Source: an uncultured Gammaproteobacteria bacterium
GTDB taxonomy: Bacteria > Patescibacteriota > Patescibacteriia > Magasanikbacterales > UBA922
Direction: 5' to 3'
DNA: 64,000 nt
NCBI GenBank assembly: GCA_964435035.1
Contig: CAYSXR010000001.1
Location: 212,622-276,621 of the forward strand
The position numbers and the translations under genes are program-made. How positions within the stretch are numbered: the stretch's first letter is position 1; every line of letters begins with the position of its first letter. Shown here in pieces: positions 49,654-58,597 of this stretch. The notes under the pieces were generated by a model. That model made no database searches, was not told the DNA's origin, and was given only the letters and a program-made list of their open reading frames with translations.

Positions 49654-50820
49654 ATGAAAATTGCCCATATTGTATCCACGTATCCGCCCTATTACGGGGG
49701 TATGGGTAATGTAGTGTTTGAAACTGCAAGTAGATTGTCAGGTCGTGGGCATACGATCGAAGTATTCACTCCCGAATACAAAAGAGATGGTCAAAGTGAT
49801 GAAGAAAAAAGCGCGATAGAAGATCGGGAAGATTTTGGTAGAAGGCTTAAGTCTCCGATTGCCTATGGTAATGCTGCGTATCTTCCTGAATTGCGACAAG
49901 AACTTGATTCATTTGATCTGGTACATTTACATTATCCTTTTTTTGGATCGGCTGGCTTAGTTTCTCGTTGGAAAAAAAGAAATCCACATAAACCATTGGT
50001 TGTGACGTATCACATGGATACACGGGCGAGTGGACTAAAAGGATTATTTTTCAAATTATATGCTGAATGGTTTATGCCAAGCATTCTCACTTCGGCTGAT
50101 GCTTTGATTGCAAGCTCATTTGACTATGTGAAAGTAAGTGATGCACGAGACATCTATACTAAGCATCATGAAAAATGGATTGAACTTCCCTTTGGTGTTG
50201 ATACCAAGAGATTCCAGCCGCGGGAAAAACCACTTTTTTTGTTTGATCGGTATAATGTGGATCCTACATTGCCGACAGTTATTTTTGTAGGAGGTATGGA
50301 CAGAGCTCACTATTTCAAGGGTGTCCCGGTGCTTCTACGTGCGCTTGCACTGTGTAGGAGTCAAAATATACCTCTACAGGCAGTGCTAGTTGGGGAAGGG
50401 GATGTTCGTCATGAGTATGAATTAATTGCTCGCTCGCTTGGATTATTAGAGTCAGTACGCTTTGTGGGGAAAGTAAGTCATGAGGAGCTACCACTTCACT
50501 ATGCTATGGGGGATGTATGTGTACTCCCTTCTACAACGGTTGGCGAAGCTTTTGGTATGGTACTACTTGAAGCAATGGCAACAGGCATTCCTGTACTTGC
50601 GAGTGATTTGCCAGGGGTGAGAAAAATAGCACTTGATGGAGGCGAGGTGTGCGTGCCCGGGAGCGCTCATGATCTTTCTGAAATGCTTAGTAATTTCTTT
50701 TCTTCTGAAACTGATAGAGTGGGTATGGGTAAAAAGGCGCGACAGGTTGTTGAGGAAAAATATGACTGGGAAACAGTGATCGAAACTCTGGAAAAAGAGT
50801 ATCAGAAGCTTGTTGCATAG
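49654..50820 (+). CDS. GT4 glycosyltransferase
   Basis: YPP..GG, HLH.P, KG, EAFGMVLLEAMA. Confidence 0.9.
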   Translation: MKIAHIVSTYPPYYGGMGNVVFETASRLSGRGHTIEVFTPEYKRDGQSDEEKSAIEDREDFGRRLKSPIAYGNAAYLPELRQELDSFDLVHLHYPFFGSAGLVSRWKKRNPHKPLVVTYHMDTRASGLKGLFFKLYAEWFMPSILTSADALIASSFDYVKVSDARDIYTKHHEKWIELPFGVDTKRFQPREKPLFLFDRYNVDPTLPTVIFVGGMDRAHYFKGVPVLLRALALCRSQNIPLQAVLVGEGDVRHEYELIARSLGLLESVRFVGKVSHEELPLHYAMGDVCVLPSTTVGEAFGMVLLEAMATGIPVLASDLPGVRKIALDGGEVCVPGSAHDLSEMLSNFFSSETDRVGMGKKARQVVEEKYDWETVIETLEKEYQKLVA

Positions 50821-50842
50821 AGAATAATTTGTATGGTATACT
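50813..50842 (+). promoter_or_regulatory. Putative sigma70 promoter (extended -10)
   Basis: TTGCAT-18 nt-TATACT with TG one base upstream of the -10. Confidence 0.5.
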
Positions 50843-50881
50843 GCTGGCATACCCCTTTGTTTGGGTTAACGAATATATCAT

Positions 50882-51190
50882 ATGGGAACATTTAAAAAAG
50901 GATTATTTTTTGGTGGACTTTTGGGTGCTGGAATCATGTGGTTGAATACTACTAAAAAAGGTAAGGAACTGAGAGACAGTGTCCTTGACTATGCTGCTGA
51001 TGTGTTTGAAGAAGTAAAGAAAAAAATCACTTCTTCAAAACAATGGGAGAAACTAACAAAAAATGAATATGTTAGAACTGTGGAAGAAGTGGTAAATAAT
51101 TATGCAGTCGAACATGATCTTTCAGATAAAGTAAGGGATGTGGTGGAAAAAGTAGTGAAAGCACAATGGAAAAAAATAAAAGATGTGTAA
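50882..51190 (+). CDS. YtxH-like small membrane-anchored protein
   Basis: GLFFGGLLGAG, then ..KKGKELR and an amphipathic helix. Confidence 0.65.
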   Translation: MGTFKKGLFFGGLLGAGIMWLNTTKKGKELRDSVLDYAADVFEEVKKKITSSKQWEKLTKNEYVRTVEEVVNNYAVEHDLSDKVRDVVEKVVKAQWKKIKDV

Positions 51191-51220
51191 TTTAATATTT
51201 ATTTAGTTTGTTTGTAGACT

Positions 51221-51655
51221 ATGATGAAAAGAAACATTATTATCGTGTTAGTAACTTTATTATTTCTTGCTTCGTCTGGAACAGGAGTATATTTTTATAT
51301 GCAATGGAAAAAGGCAATTACCGTGCCTTCTGCAGCAGAAGAAATAAAAGAGGTAACTTCAGTGCTAGCTGGTTTCATGGAACTTCCGGAGGGTGAAGAG
51401 CCAACCATTGCAACTGTGGTTGATCGGGAAAAATTGCAGGATCAACCCTTTTTCATTAATGCACAGAATGGTGATAAAGTAATCATTTATACCAATGCTA
51501 GAAAAGCAATTCTGTACAGACCGGAAACCAAAAAAGTAGTCGAAGTTGCTCCTATATTTTTTGATGAGAAAACAACACCGACCGAAGAAACCGCTCCTGC
51601 ACCTGCTCCAGTTATTACCCCAACTCCTTCTGAAACAGTCCCTGTAGTTCAATAA
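51221..51655 (+). CDS. Hypothetical membrane-anchored protein with P/T-rich tail
   Basis: N-terminal TM; ELP..EEPTIATVVDREKL..Q.FF.NA.NGDKV domain shared with the next gene. Confidence 0.75.
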   Translation: MMKRNIIIVLVTLLFLASSGTGVYFYMQWKKAITVPSAAEEIKEVTSVLAGFMELPEGEEPTIATVVDREKLQDQPFFINAQNGDKVIIYTNARKAILYRPETKKVVEVAPIFFDEKTTPTEETAPAPAPVITPTPSETVPVVQ

Positions 51656-51664
51656 GATGATTAT

Positions 51665-52351
51665 ATGTTGAGACGATCAGTGGTGACAGTCATTTTGAGT
51701 ATTCTTTTGATCGGTTCTCTTGGTGCATCCGGGTATTTTTATATGAAATGGAAAAACGCTACAATGGTGGTTGTTCCAAATCCTGAAGAAGAACTCGAGG
51801 AAGTGAGGGAAATTACTACGGTAGTCAGTATGTTTATGGAACTTCCGAAAGATGAAGAGCCAACTCTTGCAACCGTGGTTGATCGAGAAAAACTTAGAAA
51901 TCAGTCATTTTTCAATAATGCGGAAAATGGCGATAAAGTGTTGATTTATTCCATTGCCCAAAAAGCAATTTTATATCGACCATCTACTAAAAAAGTCATT
52001 GAAATAGCACCAATTTACTTTAATAAAGAGCAGCTTGAACAAGTACAGGCTCCCACAGCACCCATACCTGAAGAAATTCGCATAGTAAAAATTGCCTATT
52101 ATAATGGTGGTGGAATTACGGGGCGAGCGGGTGCAACAGAGATCAAAATAAAACAAGGCTTCACTAATACAGAAACAGTTACGATTGCTAATGCAAAAGG
52201 AAAGTATAAGAGCACTATTGTCGTTGATATCAATGGAAATATGGCAGTAGAAGCCGACGGTATTGCTAAGTTACTTGGGGGTCAGGTACAAGTACTCCCT
52301 CCAGGTGAAGAGAAGCCTGATGCTGATCTATTGATCATCGTAGGTGAGTAG
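51665..52351 (+). CDS. Paralog of the previous gene with a LytR_C-like C-terminal domain
   Basis: Same N-terminal domain, then YYNGGGITGRA...NA......DADLLIIVGE. Confidence 0.75.
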   Translation: MLRRSVVTVILSILLIGSLGASGYFYMKWKNATMVVVPNPEEELEEVREITTVVSMFMELPKDEEPTLATVVDREKLRNQSFFNNAENGDKVLIYSIAQKAILYRPSTKKVIEIAPIYFNKEQLEQVQAPTAPIPEEIRIVKIAYYNGGGITGRAGATEIKIKQGFTNTETVTIANAKGKYKSTIVVDINGNMAVEADGIAKLLGGQVQVLPPGEEKPDADLLIIVGE

Positions 52352-52376
52352 AGGTACACGAGGTTGAAATAATAAA

Positions 52377-52408
52377 ATAATCCCGACTCAGTCGGGATTA
52401 TTTTTTAT
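52377..52408 (+). terminator. Intrinsic terminator / short palindrome
   Basis: ATAATCCCGAC-TCA-GTCGGGATTAT followed by a T tract. Confidence 0.8.
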
Positions 52409-52526
52409 GTTTTATTAGTAACATATGTATCAGTCGATATTGAGAAAGTTATTAGAGTATGTCTATTTCTAGGTTTTGGGCTAGATGTGGTAAAATACAT
52501 CCAATCGTTACTATTATACACACCGT

Positions 52527-53561
52527 ATGAAACCTCTAAGTTATTATTTTGACCATGCAATCAAACAAGGAGCCTCAGACCTTCATCTTGTTGCACACGA
52601 AAGACCAGTAATTAGAGTACAGGGAGAGCTTGTGTCTATTGCTGATGTGGTACTCGGAGAAAAAGAGCTTGAAACAGCGGTATTAGCGATTCTTGATTCT
52701 TCAGAAAAGAAACGATTTGATGTAGAACATGATTTGGATTTTGGTTATACCTATAAGCAGGTGCGTTTTCGTATCAATATTCATCGACAGGAAGAATCAA
52801 TGGGACTTTCTGCACGTCTCGTTCCAACAGATATCCCGACAGCAGAAACCTTGCGGTTTGAAGAGCCTGTGTATGAGGCAACGAAATTGATTGATGGATT
52901 AGTTTTGGTGGTTGGTCCTACGGGAAACGGAAAATCAACAACGATTGCTCGAATGGTTGAAGAAATCAATACGTCGCGTAATGCACATATTATCACGATC
53001 GAAGATCCAATTGAATTTGTATTTGAAAGTAAAAAAAGTCTTATCGAGCAGCGAGAATTGGGAGGGGATACGCCATCTTTTGCTTCTGCTTTGAAACATG
53101 TCTTGCGTCAGGATCCTAATATTATTATGGTAGGTGAAATGCGCGATCCAGAAACTATTGCGACAGCACTCACTGCTGCAGAAACAGGGCACGTGGTGTT
53201 TTCCACACTTCACACGTCGAGTGCTGCAGAAGCAATTGAACGTATTGTTGATGTATTTGAAGGACCAAAACAAAAACAGGTATTAATCCAGCTTTCAAGC
53301 GTGCTTCGCTTTGTTATTGCACAACAATTGCTTCCAGGTGTAAATAATGCACGCATTGTGGCGAGAGAAATTTTGGTAAATACTCCTGCTGTTGCTAATT
53401 TGATTCGAGAGAATAATATTGCACAGATGGCAAGTGCAATTCAGACTGGTGCAAAAAATGGAATGATTACTATGGAACAGTCAGTAAAATTGTTGTATAA
53501 AGAAGGGTTAATCAGTGAAGAGACTGCGAGCAATCGTATGGGAAGAGATAGGCGTATTTAA
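52527..53561 (+). CDS. pilT: Type IV pilus retraction ATPase PilT/PilU
   Basis: ASDLHL, GPTGNGKST, TIEDPIE, LRQDP...VGEMRD, TLHT, AVANLIRE. Confidence 0.9.
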   Translation: MKPLSYYFDHAIKQGASDLHLVAHERPVIRVQGELVSIADVVLGEKELETAVLAILDSSEKKRFDVEHDLDFGYTYKQVRFRINIHRQEESMGLSARLVPTDIPTAETLRFEEPVYEATKLIDGLVLVVGPTGNGKSTTIARMVEEINTSRNAHIITIEDPIEFVFESKKSLIEQRELGGDTPSFASALKHVLRQDPNIIMVGEMRDPETIATALTAAETGHVVFSTLHTSSAAEAIERIVDVFEGPKQKQVLIQLSSVLRFVIAQQLLPGVNNARIVAREILVNTPAVANLIRENNIAQMASAIQTGAKNGMITMEQSVKLLYKEGLISEETASNRMGRDRRI

Positions 53562-53605
53562 AAGAATTAACCCATTTGTTAGTTTTTAAAGTTAATCGTA
53601 GCTTC

Positions 53606-55402
53606 ATGCCACGTACTCACCGTGTGCGTCGAGTAGCACGCCATGATGTGCGCTCTCCGCATATCGACAATGAAGATTCAGAAAAATATCGCATACGGAT
53701 AGTTAAGCTTATTTTTTTGTTTTTAACTTCTATCGTGAGTGTGCGGCTTTTCATGATTATGATTATGCAGCATGGATTATATACAGCGCTTGCATCTAAT
53801 TCTCATGAGGTGTTTGCTGAACTTACACCTGAACGTGGACTGCTCTATCTGGAAAATAAAGATGGAAAGTTAACACCTCTTGCACTCAATCGAGATAAAT
53901 TTATTGTTTTTGCAGACACGAGAGGTTACGCTGATCCTAAAACATCGCTAGAGGTGGCAGAGGAGCTCGCATTGTTTTTTGGCTATGAGGATGAGCGAAA
54001 ATTTGAGGTATTAGAGCAGCTTCAAAAACCAAATGATGGATATGAGCAAATAGAAAAAAATATTGATGAAGACTTAAAAGCTCGACTTGAAGAACTAAAA
54101 CTACCTGGAATTCATTTTACTCGTTTTCGGGAACGTTACTACCCCGAAGGAGTACTTGCGGCATCGGTGGTGGGATTTGTAGGAAAAAATGAAAAGGGTG
54201 AGTCTGTGGGGAGATATGGAATTGAAGGGTATTGGGATGAGGTGATAGGAGGTGCCGGAGGAGTACTTGAGGGAATCAGAAGTGCGACAGGGGCATGGAT
54301 TCCGCTTGCAGGTAGGTCTTTTGAACAAGCTGTTGATGGGGCTAATCTGGTACTTACTCTTGATCGAACTGTCCAGTACGAAGTCTGTGAACGTCTGAGA
54401 GAGGCAGTTGCTACATATGGGGCTCAGTCTGGGTCGATCGTTATTATGGATCCAATGACAGGTTCTCTCACTGCCGTGTGTTCGGTACCTGATTTTAATC
54501 CCAATGAGTATGGTAAAGTGGAGAATATTTCAGTGTATAATAATCTTTCAATTTTTGAAGCATATGAGCCTGGATCGGTGTTCAAGCCAATCACTATGGC
54601 AGCAGCATTGGATACGGGAGATGTACAGCCAGATGATTATTTTTATGATTCAGGGAGTGTTGATGCTAATTGTACTAAGCCAATTCAGAATGCGGATAAT
54701 CGAAGTTATAAAGATCAAGATATGTCTGGAATTCTTGAACATTCGATTAATACCGGTGTAGTGTATATTGTAAAAAAAATAGGTAAAGAAGATTTTAGAA
54801 ATTATGTAGAAAAATTTGGATTTGGTACCAAAACAGGGATCGAGCTTGATACTGAGGTGGCAGGGACAATTGCGGCGTTATCAAAAAACAAAGGAGACTC
54901 GATCGACTGCTATACAGCGACCGCCTCATTTGGACAAGGAATCACGGTGACTCCATTGCAAATGGTAACTGCATTTTCAGCGCTTGCAAATGGTGGAAAA
55001 CTAATGAAGCCCTACATTGTGAAGCGTATTGAATATGCAAACGGAAAAGTAGATGAAGTTCATCCTATCGAAGTGAGGCAAGTAATAAATAAACATACTG
55101 CTGATACGGTGGCAGCGATGATGGTACGAGTGGTAGATTTTAGTGAAGGTAAGCGTGGACAAGTGCCGGGGTATTATATCGCAGGTAAAACAGGTACAGC
55201 ACAAATTGCAGGTCCCGGAGGATATAGTGCAGAGACGAATCACTCATTTATTGGATTTGGCCCCGTAGACAATCCTAGGTTTGTAACGTTGATAAGACTG
55301 GAAAAACCACAGCGTTCATACGCAAATATTACGGCTGCACCACTGTTTGCTGAGATCACGAAATTTCTCATGTCCTACTATCATATTCCGCCTGAACGAT
55401 AG
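53606..55402 (+). CDS. ftsI: Class B penicillin-binding protein (FtsI/PBP2-like)
   Basis: N-terminal TM, RG, RYYP.G, GIE, EPGSVFK (SxxK), HSIN (SxN), GKTGTAQ. Confidence 0.85.
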   Translation: MPRTHRVRRVARHDVRSPHIDNEDSEKYRIRIVKLIFLFLTSIVSVRLFMIMIMQHGLYTALASNSHEVFAELTPERGLLYLENKDGKLTPLALNRDKFIVFADTRGYADPKTSLEVAEELALFFGYEDERKFEVLEQLQKPNDGYEQIEKNIDEDLKARLEELKLPGIHFTRFRERYYPEGVLAASVVGFVGKNEKGESVGRYGIEGYWDEVIGGAGGVLEGIRSATGAWIPLAGRSFEQAVDGANLVLTLDRTVQYEVCERLREAVATYGAQSGSIVIMDPMTGSLTAVCSVPDFNPNEYGKVENISVYNNLSIFEAYEPGSVFKPITMAAALDTGDVQPDDYFYDSGSVDANCTKPIQNADNRSYKDQDMSGILEHSINTGVVYIVKKIGKEDFRNYVEKFGFGTKTGIELDTEVAGTIAALSKNKGDSIDCYTATASFGQGITVTPLQMVTAFSALANGGKLMKPYIVKRIEYANGKVDEVHPIEVRQVINKHTADTVAAMMVRVVDFSEGKRGQVPGYYIAGKTGTAQIAGPGGYSAETNHSFIGFGPVDNPRFVTLIRLEKPQRSYANITAAPLFAEITKFLMSYYHIPPER

Positions 55403-55412
55403 GAATTTTACG

Positions 55413-55441
55413 TTGACAAAGAAGGGGGGATTGGGTATAGT
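55413..55441 (+). promoter_or_regulatory. Near-consensus sigma70 promoter for tRNA-Glu
   Basis: TTGACA-17 nt-TATAGT. Confidence 0.8.
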
Positions 55442-55489
55442 ATGGCTCGTTCTTGAAGGCGGAAAAGGCTTGAAATGCCTAAAAGGCTA

Positions 55490-55522
55490 AATTAGAATAA
55501 TTAGGTTAATTAGAGTAATTAG
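55490..55522 (+). repeat. (T)AATTAG x4 with ~9-nt period in the tRNA leader
   Basis: AATTAG-AA-TAATTAG-GT-TAATTAG-AG-TAATTAG. Confidence 0.55.
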
Positions 55523-55570
55523 AAATTTGTATTATTGCTTTTTTGTTCCTTGTCACTTGTTAGTTAATAT

Positions 55571-55644
55571 GGCCCGTTCGTCTAGTGGCTAGGACGCTAG
55601 GTTCTCATCCTAGTAACAGGGGTCCGATTCCCCTACGGGCTACC
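55571..55644 (+). tRNA. tRNA-Glu (anticodon CTC)
   Basis: Acceptor GGCCCGT/ACGGGCT, anticodon arm CTAGG-TTCTCAT-CCTAG, T arm AGGGG-TCCGATT-CCCCT. T-loop reads TCC instead of TTC, and the 3' end is ACCC, not ACCA. Confidence 0.92.
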
Positions 55645-57120
55645 CAAGGGGAAATTTTCTCGCGACAGCACGATGCTGAACCACTTTTTCGGCTCGGTTG
55701 ACACGAGTTTCCCGATTGCAGAAATGTCCGAATATAGGGATTTGAGGAGTGTCCGACGCTTCTCTTTTTCGTATTTCGGGTACTGATCAGCCAATAGATC
55801 AAAGACCTTCACGATTCGCGCACGGGTCGGCGTCTGCGACGCGATGTCATCGGTCTGAAGTTGTTGCTCGAGCTTTCTCGTTCCGAGCATCAGCTCGGTC
55901 TTCATCTTCGTGTAGAGCTGTTCCTCAATGATGCCGCCGATGAATGACCGAGTGAGGCGCTCCAGCGCCTCGTTCTTCTCGTTGAGTTCAAGGCGGGCAC
56001 GGGCGCGACCGCGCTCAACGTCGCGCTCTTCATCGCCGTACATGCGTTCGACGACATCGAGCACGAGGTCGCGCTCCTCCGACGAGAGGATCATGCGCTT
56101 GAGGTCGCGTTCAATCACCGCGTCGAGCAGCTCTTCGCGGATGCAGACGGTCGGGTGCCCTCGTGTGTGACAGCGGTAGTAGACGACCTTTCGCTTGTGC
56201 TCGCCGATGAGGAAGCGCTTGCAGTGACCGCATCGAGACATCCGCTGGTACAGGTACTTTGGCTCCGCGATGAAGAGGTGCGGGTGTTTCCGCCGTTGAC
56301 GGATTTGCCTGACGACCTCGAAGATCCCGGCCGGTACGATCGCCTCGTGTTGGCCGGCGAAGAGCTCACCGCGGTAGGGGATGAAGCCTGCGTAGAACGG
56401 GTTGTCGAGCATCTTCGCGATCCTCGACCGGGTTTTGAACGCGCCGCCCTTGCTCTTCAACCCAAGCTCGCGGCCGACCTCGGTCAGCTGGTCGAGGGTA
56501 TAGGCACCGGTCGCGTAGCGCTCGAAGAGCTCCAGGATGCTCGGGGCGCGCTCCGGGTCCGGGATCTTCCTGCCGCGTTCGCCCTTCGGCGTTTCTGGCG
56601 GCGGGTTCAAGTACCCGAAGGGGGCGTTTCTCGGCCAGTATCCTTGTCTCATCCGTCCGAGGTTGCCCTTCAGGATCTCGCTCCTGAGGTTCCGGATGAA
56701 GTGAACCGCAACCGCGGCGAGCATGTCCATGGTGAGACGGCCGCCCGAGTCGGCACTGTCGAGACCTTCGGACGCGAAGGCGATGTAGTGCCCGGCGTCC
56801 ATGAGTTCCGAGATCGTCACCCAATCCCGGAGGTTCCGACTCGACCGGTCAACTTTGTGGAACACGACGCCGTCGGCGTCGCCCTTACCGAGTCGCTTCA
56901 CGAGGTCGACGAAACCCGTTCGACCTGCCTTGGCTGCGGACTCGACGTCTTCGATGACGTCTTTGACGACAAGGCCACGACGGGCGCAGAACTCCTGGAT
57001 GATGCGGCGCTGCTCAAAGAGCGAGGCGCCATGCACCTGGTCGTCGGAGGAAACCCGGACGTAGCAGAACACGGTTGAGGGCGCTGCACGACGGGTGCCA
57101 AATGTTGAAAAATGTGGCAT
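55633..57120 (-). CDS. Large serine recombinase (resolvase + recombinase + Zn-ribbon/coiled-coil)
   Basis: YVRVSS..Q (catalytic Ser), ESA....R..F, DR..RN, APFGY, NPFYAG, HEAIV, CGHC...YYRC. ATG 57120 chosen; stop lies inside the tRNA. Confidence 0.93.
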   Translation of the reverse strand: MPHFSTFGTRRAAPSTVFCYVRVSSDDQVHGASLFEQRRIIQEFCARRGLVVKDVIEDVESAAKAGRTGFVDLVKRLGKGDADGVVFHKVDRSSRNLRDWVTISELMDAGHYIAFASEGLDSADSGGRLTMDMLAAVAVHFIRNLRSEILKGNLGRMRQGYWPRNAPFGYLNPPPETPKGERGRKIPDPERAPSILELFERYATGAYTLDQLTEVGRELGLKSKGGAFKTRSRIAKMLDNPFYAGFIPYRGELFAGQHEAIVPAGIFEVVRQIRQRRKHPHLFIAEPKYLYQRMSRCGHCKRFLIGEHKRKVVYYRCHTRGHPTVCIREELLDAVIERDLKRMILSSEERDLVLDVVERMYGDEERDVERGRARARLELNEKNEALERLTRSFIGGIIEEQLYTKMKTELMLGTRKLEQQLQTDDIASQTPTRARIVKVFDLLADQYPKYEKEKRRTLLKSLYSDISAIGKLVSTEPKKWFSIVLSRENFPLGSP

Positions 57121-57331
57121 AATATCTGAATTACAGAATGACAGAGGGTCCTTCGAGCTTATCGTGTCCGCTCGATTCGTAACACCGGCACAAGCGCCCC
57201 CCTCGTTCGCGAGTTGCGGTGTTTTTTTGTTTGAGATATCCACATGCTGTGCGCTCGGGCGAGAAACTTGACCCGGGCATTTGTGCCCCTGACAGTATCG
57301 CGCCCTCTTGCAGTACGATTTCCACACGCCT

Positions 57332-57544
57332 ATGCGACATCTCCAATTTGACGACGAGCAACTCGCCAAGAAACTTGCAGCCGCCTATCCGACACTTTCG
57401 GCGGATGAACGGACCGCAGTCTTGGTCGAGCTCATGCTCTTCGTGCGCGCACTCGCCGGCCTGGTCGAGCGGGATACCTCCCGCGGTCCGGGCGAGGACG
57501 CCGAATTCCCTTCCAAGTCGGAGCCTGCCGCACCCGGCACTTAA
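57332..57544 (+). CDS. Small hypothetical protein divergent from the recombinase
   Basis: 70-aa ORF MRHLQFDDEQLAKKLAAAYPTLSADER... with GC3-rich codons. Confidence 0.5.
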   Translation: MRHLQFDDEQLAKKLAAAYPTLSADERTAVLVELMLFVRALAGLVERDTSRGPGEDAEFPSKSEPAAPGT

Positions 57545-57573
57545 GTCACGTAAACATTGCATGTGCATCGTCT

Positions 57574-57705
57574 ATGAGGTCTCGCCGGGGCGGCCGCGTA
57601 CCACGCGGCCGAAGGATTCCATATCCAAATCAGTGGCGTGTCATCCGCCGTCTTCGAGGGTTCACGCAACGCGATGTTGCGCGGTTCCTTGGTCATCTCG
57701 ACACG
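57574..57705 (+). pseudogene. XRE-family HTH regulator, 5' part (interrupted by IS21)
   Basis: MRSRRGGRVPRGRRIPYPNQWRVIRRLRGFTQRDVARFLGHLDT joins 60919 in frame once the IS and one ACACG copy are removed. Confidence 0.85.
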
Positions 57706-57924
57706 TGTCAGTGAGGGTCAGGAAGCGCTGTAGGACGGCGAGTAGCGCGTAACGCCGAGTTTGTGGCCGGCGAGTTGAGACAGGCGTAGCCGGGAGGTCT
57801 CGAAGTCGGGGAGCTGGCGCGCTAACGCCGGCCCCCCTGGACGGGGCGACTACAGTCGTCGCCTCGTCCACGCGGAGGATGCCGCAAGCCGCGCAGGACG
57901 GCCAGGGCTTCGAGACGGAGGCCG

Positions 57925-58557
57925 CTGGACACCGCCCGTCGCTACTCCTGCCGCGCCTGCGGAAGACACGTCACGATCTGCCCGCGCTGCGATCGGGGCA
58001 ACATCTACTGCCTCGGCTGCGCCCCGAAGCGCCGGACGGAGAGGCTGCGGCGCGCTCGGAGGACGTATCGCCGCACGCCCGAAGGTCGTCGCGAACATCG
58101 TGACGCCGAGCGGCGCAGGCGCAGGCGAAAGGCGGCTCCGCACGCAATCGTGGGGGATCTGGGTTCCGCGGTCGCGTCGTCGGTCGCAGGCTCGGACCTG
58201 CCCTCGACCTCCAACCCGGTCGAGGCAGAGGTGACCGATGTATCGATGGAAGATCGCCGTGGAACCGACGGCCACGAACACGAAGCTGCTGATGACGGAC
58301 CCGGACGGCAACGAGCTCCTCAAGGCGGCGCTGCCGTCGACGGCCAACCACCCACGCGCTCTCTTGACCCTGCTCGAGGGCCTGGCGCTGTGGGCCGGCC
58401 AGCCTCTCACCGCTGCGATCTCTGCGGGGCCGTCGTTGCCGAGGCACGTCGACTCGGCCCTCTTCGGAGCGGATCTCTTTCCGTGCGACAGCGTGCTCGT
58501 GCACTACGAAGTGGTCGAGGGCCGCCGACGTCGCCGGACTCTGCGCGGCGTGGGTGA
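57925..58557 (+). CDS. IS21 accessory Cys-rich (Zn-finger-like) protein, putative CTG start
   Basis: Frame open from 57826: CRAC..ICPRCDRGNIYCLGC, Arg-rich helix, VGDLGS, later RCDLCG. GGAGG at 57917. The ORF track shows only the part from 58150. Confidence 0.55.
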   Translation: MDTARRYSCRACGRHVTICPRCDRGNIYCLGCAPKRRTERLRRARRTYRRTPEGRREHRDAERRRRRRKAAPHAIVGDLGSAVASSVAGSDLPSTSNPVEAEVTDVSMEDRRGTDGHEHEAADDGPGRQRAPQGGAAVDGQPPTRSLDPARGPGAVGRPASHRCDLCGAVVAEARRLGPLRSGSLSVRQRARALRSGRGPPTSPDSARRG

Positions 58558-58597
58558 CTTCCGGCAGCTGCGCCTCGTGCAGCGGAGGTGGGCATGA
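58238..58597 (+). CDS. IS21 accessory hypothetical protein (119 aa)
   Basis: GAGGTG RBS, protein-like composition (HPRALLTLLEGLALW); stop overlaps the istA start (ATGA). Confidence 0.7.
   Translation: MYRWKIAVEPTATNTKLLMTDPDGNELLKAALPSTANHPRALLTLLEGLALWAGQPLTAAISAGPSLPRHVDSALFGADLFPCDSVLVHYEVVEGRRRRRTLRGVGDFRQLRLVQRRWA

Noticed and set aside
55490-55522. Short repeat arrays here and at 44025-44101 as CRISPR
   Set aside because: Units are 6-9 nt with no spacers; no cas genes and no CRISPR array seen in the window.
55605-55802. 65-aa minus-strand ORF ending VARRGIGPLLLG
   Set aside because: Alternative frame of the recombinase end plus antisense translation of the tRNA.
57121-57369. 83-aa N-terminal extension of the recombinase in the ORF track
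   Set aside because: Not protein-like and overlaps the divergent small ORF; ATG 57120 places the YxRxS motif near the N-terminus as usual.
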